From NCBI GenBank assembly GCA_038227875.1, contig JBBRPR010000009.1:32001-96000 (forward strand): DNA of 64,000 nt. Reading direction: 5' to 3'. A program made the position numbers and the translations under genes. Below are positions 15,367 to 22,924 of this stretch, piece after piece. Position 1 is the first letter of the stretch; the number at the start of each line of letters is the position of its first letter. The DNA comes from Planctomycetota bacterium (GTDB lineage Bacteria > Planctomycetota > SZUA-567 > H5-PLA8). The notes beneath the pieces were generated by a model. That model did no database searches. It was given only the letters and a program-made list of their open reading frames with translations, and was not told the origin of the DNA.

Positions 15367-17451
15367 TCAAACGCCCGGTGTTGGCGATTCCGGCTTGGGC
15401 ACGACAAACGGTTTTCCAGTCACAGGGTGATGCAGGGTGCGACCGGCATAGCGTTCAGGAATTTGCAGCAGCGCTCCGGGATTGCCCGAGCCGTCCGGAA
15501 TTTCGCAGAACAGCAATCCGCCCGCCTTGCGAACCAGGTTCGCGGACTCTGCTCCAGGCGTCTTGCTTGATCCTGCCAGGAGCATTCCCCTGCGAGCAAG
15601 GGTGTACAAAAAGGGCACGTTCACCCAGACCGGCTTGATGTCGGCAGGCCGGATGCGATTGAAAAACAATTTTCGCCGGGGCGAATTGGGCTTGAGATCT
15701 TCAGCCGTCGGGAAATTACCATCGGCATCCATCAGCGTCGGCGAGTGGCCCTGCGCACTGATCGGCATGTACGAAACATCCGCCGCAAAGTCTTCCGCGG
15801 CCGAAACCACTTCCGGGCACGTCTGCTGCAAGAGCGCGCGCAGCGAAAACGAGACGTCCTCCACGTGCCCGACATCCAGCCCCGTGACGGCATGTTTCTG
15901 GGATTGCACGTAAGGCGGCTGCCTCAAATTAATGGACAGCAGATTGCCCCAGATATCCATTTTGCCCACGATGACGATGAACAAGCCCTTGTATTTGTCC
16001 CGCTGGCTAAGCCCCAGGTAGCGGCGCACGCGGCGCGCGACTTCATTGAGGATCACATCCTGGCGCTGCAACTCCGCGCCCGGTTGAACCTGCGGGTCGG
16101 TGCTGGAAACTTTGGACCGGAAGCGCGGATCCTTGGTCGGATCAAACACGAAGAATATACAATCCGAACGCGCCATATGCTGCGTGGTGGGCGCATTCAC
16201 CTGCTCGGATCCCGGTTGAAAATGTTCTCCAGCATTGTCGTAAAGAATGATGCTGCGTCCGCTGTTTTGCGCGTTCTGGGAGAGCGGGTTGTGATCCAGC
16301 GCGCGGAGGCTGAAAATAAACGGTTTGGGGTACAGCGTGATCTGACCGTTGAAATTCACCGCGTTGTAAAACTGATCGCCTTCGCCCTGCGTCTTTTCCA
16401 GTCGCACATAAGCGTCCGGATCCTGGGGAAGAAAGAGTTTCTCTTCGTTTTCCTGCAGGCTGATGTTCATCGTCGCGTCGGCGTCGGTGAAGGCGAAGCC
16501 GAATTCGTTGTTCAACGAACGGCGCAGTTCCCAGGTCAGCGTGGCCAGCAGGTACGACTTGCCGCTCTTGGGCGCACCGATGACAGAAACAAAGAGCGGC
16601 TTAAATTCCGCGAGACACTTGGGTACTTCCAAGTGACAGTTGGGACACGCCATTTCATGGCTGGGCATGCCGCCTGGATCGATCGCCTGACCGTCCGGTG
16701 TAAAACGGGTCGGTTTGAAACGCTGCGGCGCATTCCCGCCCAGGAAGGGATCTCCAATCAAATCGGGATGGCGCGCGATGTAAAGCCCGTCTTCCAGCGG
16801 AAACACCGTCATGCAGTGCGGACAGGTACAAGTGTCCGCATCGCCGTGCTTCAACGGGCCGGGTTTATAACGCTCAACCAACGGTGCGGAGATGGGGGCG
16901 GCCAGCGGCACCGTGGATTGCGCCGGGGCGGGTGCGAAATTCGCAACATTGGCCGGCGCGGGCGCTGGCGCCGGCGCTGGCGGCGGCGCGGCCGGTCGAG
17001 CCATCATTTCTCCCAAATCCACGACGATCTCTTCGCCATTGGATGAGGACGTGGGCGCAATTGGCGATGGCATGCTGACGGCGAAGGCCGGAGTTTTCTG
17101 ATCGTTAAATGACACTGGCGGCGGTGAGGCCAGAGTTGCCATGGGCGTCAAAGGCGGCAACGGCGCACTTGGCGTCAACGGTGCTGTGGAGAGCGGCTCC
17201 GACGTATACAAGTCGCCCACATCCAGGGATAACGCCTCTCCACTGGAGGCCACAGGAAATTGCGCGAAGACATTGGCGAACGCATCGCCTGCGCGAACGA
17301 AGTTCTTTCGGTCTTTGCTGACCGGAGTCTCTATAGTGATCAACCCGGTTTTAATGCGCTGAGTAATTTTTCCTAAATCGTACGGTCCCTCGGTGGGATT
17401 GTTGGGGCGTACGATGTACCACTTATCTTCACCGCGAAGCAGCCGAAACAT
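15367..17451 (-). CDS. TRAFAC-clade (double-GTPase-2-like) GTPase with N-terminal GYF-like domain, Pro-rich linker and Zn ribbon
   Basis: 'WYIVRP..EGPYDL' GYF-like start; CPHC...CPNC; GAPKSGKS, EKTQ, YDNAGE, GKMD and ISA G-motifs. Confidence 0.8.
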   Translation of the reverse strand: MFRLLRGEDKWYIVRPNNPTEGPYDLGKITQRIKTGLITIETPVSKDRKNFVRAGDAFANVFAQFPVASSGEALSLDVGDLYTSEPLSTAPLTPSAPLPPLTPMATLASPPPVSFNDQKTPAFAVSMPSPIAPTSSSNGEEIVVDLGEMMARPAAPPPAPAPAPAPANVANFAPAPAQSTVPLAAPISAPLVERYKPGPLKHGDADTCTCPHCMTVFPLEDGLYIARHPDLIGDPFLGGNAPQRFKPTRFTPDGQAIDPGGMPSHEMACPNCHLEVPKCLAEFKPLFVSVIGAPKSGKSYLLATLTWELRRSLNNEFGFAFTDADATMNISLQENEEKLFLPQDPDAYVRLEKTQGEGDQFYNAVNFNGQITLYPKPFIFSLRALDHNPLSQNAQNSGRSIILYDNAGEHFQPGSEQVNAPTTQHMARSDCIFFVFDPTKDPRFRSKVSSTDPQVQPGAELQRQDVILNEVARRVRRYLGLSQRDKYKGLFIVIVGKMDIWGNLLSINLRQPPYVQSQKHAVTGLDVGHVEDVSFSLRALLQQTCPEVVSAAEDFAADVSYMPISAQGHSPTLMDADGNFPTAEDLKPNSPRRKLFFNRIRPADIKPVWVNVPFLYTLARRGMLLAGSSKTPGAESANLVRKAGGLLFCEIPDGSGNPGALLQIPERYAGRTLHHPVTGKPFVVPKPESPTPGV

Positions 17452-17776
17452 GGGGAAACCCTTCTAAGAGTTGTACTTACAATAAACGTAACAGTTCATT
17501 TAGAGCTACAATTTAATTCGAACGATCGCAAAATCAACGACTTTCTATGTTTCGTTGCTCATAGTGCGTTTTTGAGACTCTATTGAGCTTTTACGTGATC
17601 CCAACTTCGATTACGACACTTTTTTATAATTTGTGCGCGTTTTCTACCCGACCTCACGTGATCCACTGCTCGTGTTCAACCGCGAAGACTCTTGTGTCAG
17701 GTGGGGGACGATGGTTGAGCGGAGGCGTTAGAAACGTCTTGAATCTACAAACCGACGGGCGGAACCTGGCAGAGAG

Positions 17777-18625
17777 TTACTTTTTATAATACGCGAACGC
17801 TTCGTGCTCCGCCTTCGTCCGACTTTCCAACTCGCGCATGTTCGCCGCGTCCAGCGGCTTGAAGGCGCGCACGATCCGCGCGTTGTCATCGACTTCCTGC
17901 TCGGTCTTGCAGCCGATGATCGCGTGGGTCACGCCGCCGAGCGACAGTGCGTAGCCGACCGCTTCGTTCATGCTCAGCGTGTCCAGCAATGCGCCCTGCG
18001 AGCAGGTCTTCATCGCGATCACACCCAAGTTCTGTTTCACAGCTTCCGGCAGCACCGTTTTTATGAAGGAATCCCGATGCACATCCGCCGCGTTGAGCGC
18101 TATCAGGACGGTATCGAACTGAAACCGTTTCATCGCGCTAAGAAGAATGCGCGGATCGTGATGCCCGGTCAGCCCCAGGAAGCGCACGCGCTTTTCGCGC
18201 TGAGCTTGCAGCATCCCCTCGAGCGCTCCACCTTTCGCGAAGATTTCGTCGAGTTCCTCCTCTTCACGCAGGTCGTGCAATTGCCACAGGTCGAGGTGAT
18301 CGGTGCGCAGGCGCTTCAAGCTGTCGTCGAGCAGCCGCAGCGAACCGTCGCGCGTCCGATCGTGCGTCTTCGACGCGAGAAACACCTGGCCGCGCCGCTC
18401 GCCCAGCGTCGCGCCGTAGTAATCCATGCTGCTGGCGTACGCCGGAGCCGTATCGCAGTACGTCACGCCCTGATCGAGCGCCCGCGAAATCACGCGCGCA
18501 GCGGCCTTGTGTTCGCCATGCGTCCGCAACACGCCTTCGCCTCCGAGCCCGAACAGCGAAACTGAAACCCCCGTGCGGCCGAGCACGCGGGAAGGCAGGG
18601 GAGGGGGAGTCGATGGAGTTATCAT
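17777..18625 (-). CDS. aldo/keto reductase
   Basis: 'RVLGRTGVSVSLFGLG', 'DTAPAY', 'FLASK', 'SLKRLRTDHLDLWQLH'; start uncertain (18625 or 18649). Confidence 0.9.
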   Translation of the reverse strand: MITPSTPPPLPSRVLGRTGVSVSLFGLGGEGVLRTHGEHKAAARVISRALDQGVTYCDTAPAYASSMDYYGATLGERRGQVFLASKTHDRTRDGSLRLLDDSLKRLRTDHLDLWQLHDLREEEELDEIFAKGGALEGMLQAQREKRVRFLGLTGHHDPRILLSAMKRFQFDTVLIALNAADVHRDSFIKTVLPEAVKQNLGVIAMKTCSQGALLDTLSMNEAVGYALSLGGVTHAIIGCKTEQEVDDNARIVRAFKPLDAANMRELESRTKAEHEAFAYYKK

Positions 18626-18766
18626 AGCTGCAAACGTAGCCGAATCCACGCGCTCGTCAAAATGTAACGCCGGTACAAAAAAGTGTGACGAACGCGCATC
18701 CTGCGTGGAATTTCTTTCGACGTTCGGCCATATTTATCAGCTCGTCATTATTATCAGGAGGTGCTC

Positions 18767-21277
18767 ATGAGCAAATCCTCTCGCTCGTTTCCTATCCTCG
18801 CGCTGGTCATCATCCTCGCGTCCACCGCGAGCGGCGAAGACAGCGACTATGCGTTCACGTTCGGTGGCGAGACCATTCATCCGTACATCATTTCGCTCAG
18901 CGGCGATGCCAAGCACCCGCGCCCAGGCGATCTGGCGATGGTGGATAACCATGTACTCATGCTGGACGCCTCGAAAAAGTGGTCGCTCAAATCCCTGGAA
19001 GATTCCGACGATCTGCTGATCGAAAACCAGGGCGTGTGGCAGCCGGTTTTCGTGCGCATTACCGAACATCGCATTGACGACAAGATGACGCTCATCAATC
19101 CGCTGGCGAAGATGAGCAAAGAGCAGATCCACAATCTACGCGGCGTTTCGATCGATGCCTGGAACGACCTCATCGCCGAAAAACTGAAAGACGTCGATCC
19201 CGCTCAGTGCTGCGTGTCCGTTTCCGACCGGGTTCAGACGGGAAAAGAGAAGGCCCTGCCCGCATTGCCGGCAGCCTTGCAGGCCCTGCGGATCGATGAA
19301 CGTTCGTCAAATGGCATCAAGGATTTCTCGGCGCTGAAAAATCTGACGGCGCTCCGCTACTTCGAATGCTACACGCTCTCGGGCGATCCCATTGACGTCA
19401 GTCTGTTGAAAGCCAACCACGGCATGCAGAACCTGGTCTTGAGCGGTAACAAGCTGACCCAGCTTCAAGCGCTCGCGGAATTCACCGACTTGCGCGTGCT
19501 GGATCTGGCATACTGCCGCGACCTCTCCTCCATCGATTTCGCATCCGCAATGCCCAACCTCGCGCAGCTCCGGCTCAATCGCACCGACGTCACAGACCTC
19601 AGCCCGCTCGCGAACTTGAATGCGCTGACCGACGTGAACGCCAACGAATCGAAAGTCGCAAAGCTTCCCAATGGCAAGCTGCCGGCATTGAAGATTTTGA
19701 GACTGATCTCCGCTCCGGTTACCGACGAGTCGATCGCGACTTTCAGGCAGGAGCATCCGGCCTGCAAAGTCACGCACGGCTGGGAACAGGCGTTGAAGAG
19801 CGAACTGGCCGATGTCACGCGCTTGCGGATCCGCTCCGGCGGCACCTGTCATCGCAACAAGGACGAGGAGAAGACGCTCTACGAGGACAAGGACCCGGCC
19901 TCGATCCAGAAGCTCGTCGCCGCCATCGCGATCGACGAAAGCCAGAGCGGATTTCACTGCATGTGCTGTGGCACGCCCAGCCTGGAATTCTACACCGGCG
20001 ACGCGCTGACTCTGACGCTCGGCTTCCATCACGCCCGTAGCCTGCGCTGGCCGAGCGGTTGGCCGGCCGATGGTCTGTTGAAGAAAGACAGCGCTACATT
20101 TCTGGTCGCGTGGATGGCCGACCGTGGCGTCAAAGGTCCCTTGAACGAAATCGAAGCAGCGAAGGCACAGAAGGATGCCGATCGGCGCAAACTCGAACTC
20201 GCCACCGCCGGCATGTCCGCGGAATTGCGCGACGCGTTCAAAAAAGGCGAAGCGGAATTTGGCGTCGCGCTGAAAAAGGAAATTCCCAAACCCGAAGATC
20301 AGGTCCGGATCCTCTTCCGCGCGTTCGGTGCCAGCAACAACAGTTGGACCATGCAGGAATGGATCGAACAGGTCGCGGAAGCCGTGCTCAAAACGTACGA
20401 CGTCAACACGCTCAGCACGGCCGCGCACGACGCGCTGCTGAGCAACGATCGGCAAGTCCGTCGCGGCGCCGCACGATTCTGGGAGTCGTGGCAATCGCCG
20501 CTTCTCGACTGGAAACCCGCCGACGCGCCGAAGCTGCACGGCATCGTCATCCAGATCCAGCAGGAATCGCGCTACTATCCGCTGCGCCAGGACGCGTTAA
20601 CCAACCTCCGCGCTTGGGCCCGGGAACTGCCGCCCCCGGAAATCGATAAGCGTCTCGCGGCGGGTCTTCACGATCCGGAGCCGAGCGTGCGCCGTCAGGC
20701 CATGCTGGTGGCCGGCGAACTGGAGCATCAGCCATCCGCGCCCGATCTGATGAAGGTGTTGAAAGGCGAGCCGCTCGACATCGCGGCGCTTCCCGATGTT
20801 CCGCCTGCGGAGAAAGCGGATGTGTCGGAGGGTTTCGACGAGATCGCCACCAAGCTCCCCGAGCCGCAAGTCGCCGCTCTCGCGCTGGGGTATATGAGGC
20901 ACGCCGACGCCAAAGCACTGATCGAAGCGCACGAAAAAGAGTCGCCAATGTATGCTGTGGCGCTGGCCTTACTCGGCGATGTCGCGAAACTGAAACCGGA
21001 ACACTTTCGCGGTCAGCGCAACAATAAGGAACTCCAGTTGGCCGCCGTCGACGCCGTGATCCGATGCCGCGGCGCGGCCGGTCTGGAGTTTGCCTTGAAC
21101 TACCAACAGGCTACACACTGGTGGGAAGAAGAACGCGTGGCGGAGAGGTTGAGCGCGATGCTGCTGAACGCCAGAGCGCCCGGCGCGGATCTGCTCCAGC
21201 GCGCCAAGTCGTTGAAAGATTTAAAAGCGTGGTACGCGCAGCACGGCGCCGCGTATTTCGATTCACTTCGCAAATAA
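18767..21277 (+). CDS. exported leucine-rich-repeat and HEAT-repeat protein
   Basis: SD AGGAGGT; signal peptide; internalin-type LRRs (LxxLxLxxNxLTxLxxL); HEAT-like 'LHDPEPSVRRQA'. Confidence 0.8.
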   Translation: MSKSSRSFPILALVIILASTASGEDSDYAFTFGGETIHPYIISLSGDAKHPRPGDLAMVDNHVLMLDASKKWSLKSLEDSDDLLIENQGVWQPVFVRITEHRIDDKMTLINPLAKMSKEQIHNLRGVSIDAWNDLIAEKLKDVDPAQCCVSVSDRVQTGKEKALPALPAALQALRIDERSSNGIKDFSALKNLTALRYFECYTLSGDPIDVSLLKANHGMQNLVLSGNKLTQLQALAEFTDLRVLDLAYCRDLSSIDFASAMPNLAQLRLNRTDVTDLSPLANLNALTDVNANESKVAKLPNGKLPALKILRLISAPVTDESIATFRQEHPACKVTHGWEQALKSELADVTRLRIRSGGTCHRNKDEEKTLYEDKDPASIQKLVAAIAIDESQSGFHCMCCGTPSLEFYTGDALTLTLGFHHARSLRWPSGWPADGLLKKDSATFLVAWMADRGVKGPLNEIEAAKAQKDADRRKLELATAGMSAELRDAFKKGEAEFGVALKKEIPKPEDQVRILFRAFGASNNSWTMQEWIEQVAEAVLKTYDVNTLSTAAHDALLSNDRQVRRGAARFWESWQSPLLDWKPADAPKLHGIVIQIQQESRYYPLRQDALTNLRAWARELPPPEIDKRLAAGLHDPEPSVRRQAMLVAGELEHQPSAPDLMKVLKGEPLDIAALPDVPPAEKADVSEGFDEIATKLPEPQVAALALGYMRHADAKALIEAHEKESPMYAVALALLGDVAKLKPEHFRGQRNNKELQLAAVDAVIRCRGAAGLEFALNYQQATHWWEEERVAERLSAMLLNARAPGADLLQRAKSLKDLKAWYAQHGAAYFDSLRK

Positions 21278-21292
21278 AGCAGAGAGGACTTC

Positions 21293-21658
21293 ATGAAACT
21301 CCAGCTCAAACGCGTCATCATCTTCACGCATCAAATGGCCCGCATGACCGAATTCTACCGCGACCAACTCGGCCTCAAGGCGCTCATCGATCCGGAATAC
21401 GACGCCAGCGATTGGATCGAATTCGACGCCGGCGACACGCGCATCGCCCTGCACAAAGGCCACGGCGGCGGCGCGAAAAGCGCCACAAAAACCTGCGCGC
21501 ACAAACTCGTCTTCTACGCCAAGGACGTCGCCAAAGCCCGCGCCGCGTTGCTCAAGAAGAAGGTAAAGATGGGCGACGTCAAAAAATTCGGCACGCTGGT
21601 CCTCTGCGACGGCACGGACCCGGACGGAAATAAGATTCAGGTGTCCAATCGCATTTAG
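21293..21658 (+). CDS. VOC/glyoxalase family protein
   Basis: 'FYRDQLGL', 'WIEFDAG..RIALH', 'DPDGNKIQV'. Confidence 0.85.
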   Translation: MKLQLKRVIIFTHQMARMTEFYRDQLGLKALIDPEYDASDWIEFDAGDTRIALHKGHGGGAKSATKTCAHKLVFYAKDVAKARAALLKKKVKMGDVKKFGTLVLCDGTDPDGNKIQVSNRI

Positions 21659-21732
21659 CATTCCCACAACGCCATACGCCAGCGCCGCTTGCTCATTTGG
21701 TTTCAGCGCCAACTATGGTGTATAATCATATC

Positions 21733-22239
21733 ATGAAACTCATCCCGTGCGACAACCCGGAATGGATGCTCTTCGACTGCAGCGCGTTGCGCGAGGATGT
21801 CATCGTTACTTGTGGTTTCGGTTTGGGCATGCTGTTCCTCGTCACGGTAACACCGGGCACGTTTGGGTTGATTACCATCGGCGTCGGCGCGATCCTGATG
21901 CTTGGCGCCAGCGCGTTTATGGGATTTTCGCACCATGGCGTGTTGATCGACAGAGCAGCGGGAATCGCTACGGACTGGCGGGAAGTCTTCGGCTGGCGCT
22001 TTTACTCGCGTGAGTATCCGCTCAATAAATTCTGCCGAGTCGAATTCACCAATACATTTCAAGATTACAATCGCATTCAGTTAATCGCCATCGCGGGCGA
22101 TCTTGTTTTGGGGAACGCAGATAGCCCTGAAGATGCCCATACGTTCGGGACCGCGATTGCCGACTTTCTTCAGATCCGCTATCGCCATGAACTGCTGTGG
22201 CTGGAGACTCCGCCGAAAAATAGTGTGAGTCTGAAATAG
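21733..22239 (+). CDS. hypothetical 2-TM membrane protein (paralogue 1)
   Basis: ATG 6 nt after TATAAT; MKLIPCDNPEWMLFDCS; two hydrophobic helices. Confidence 0.65.
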   Translation: MKLIPCDNPEWMLFDCSALREDVIVTCGFGLGMLFLVTVTPGTFGLITIGVGAILMLGASAFMGFSHHGVLIDRAAGIATDWREVFGWRFYSREYPLNKFCRVEFTNTFQDYNRIQLIAIAGDLVLGNADSPEDAHTFGTAIADFLQIRYRHELLWLETPPKNSVSLK

Positions 22240-22244
22240 TCCCT

Positions 22245-22772
22245 ATGGAACGCATCGACTGCGACAACCCCAACTGGCGGCTCTACGACTGCAGCCCCGA
22301 TCGCGTCAATGCGATCCCATTTTTGATCTTAGGATCCGTGGGTTTAGTGGCGTTAATGGCTGCTCGCGAAGTGTGGCTATTGAGCTTCGTCTCGCTGGGG
22401 TTTTTTGCCGCTGCGTATTTCATGCTGTTCCAGCGCGGTGTTCTGATGGACCGCAAGGATGGCAATGCAACTGAATGGTGTGAATTTTACCGCTGGCGGC
22501 TGTTTAGCCGAACACACGATTTGCGCGCGGTAGATTCCATTCGTGTCATGCTGCACTCTGGCTCTCGTAGTTCCTCCTACGACATTGGGCTGCGCGGCGC
22601 GTCGTTAAGTCTGCATATCGGTCCGTTCTTCGGCCAGCACGAAGCTGAAACCGCTGCTGTCGATCTGGCAGAGTTCCTTCATATTCCGTACGGCCCCGCA
22701 CAGCGCGAGGAACTCGAAGACATCATTCAAACCCACAGGCTAAAGCGGTCCACGCCGATGTCGCCCGAATGA
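22245..22772 (+). CDS. hypothetical 2-TM membrane protein (paralogue 2)
   Basis: MERIDCDNPNWRLYDCS; similar to the upstream gene. Confidence 0.7.
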   Translation: MERIDCDNPNWRLYDCSPDRVNAIPFLILGSVGLVALMAAREVWLLSFVSLGFFAAAYFMLFQRGVLMDRKDGNATEWCEFYRWRLFSRTHDLRAVDSIRVMLHSGSRSSSYDIGLRGASLSLHIGPFFGQHEAETAAVDLAEFLHIPYGPAQREELEDIIQTHRLKRSTPMSPE

Positions 22773-22924
22773 CACCGCTATGATTGCGATCAATCGGTGC
22801 ACGCGCGTTCGCGGGTGCTCGATTGCCTTAGATTGACACGCCACCAAACAGTTCTACAGTTTGCCGTCGATGGGCTCCGCCGTTCACGTCAATTCCCCAA
22901 CTCACTTTCAGCAATGGAGCAGGC

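Noticed and set aside
6346..17451. prophage or integrative element
   Set aside because: No integrase, transposase, phage or conjugation genes, and no tRNA at the borders.
17452..17776. ncRNA or att site upstream of the GTPase operon (ACGTGATCC occurs twice)
   Set aside because: The 9-bp repeat is too short and there is no convincing structure; best explained as an AT-rich promoter region.
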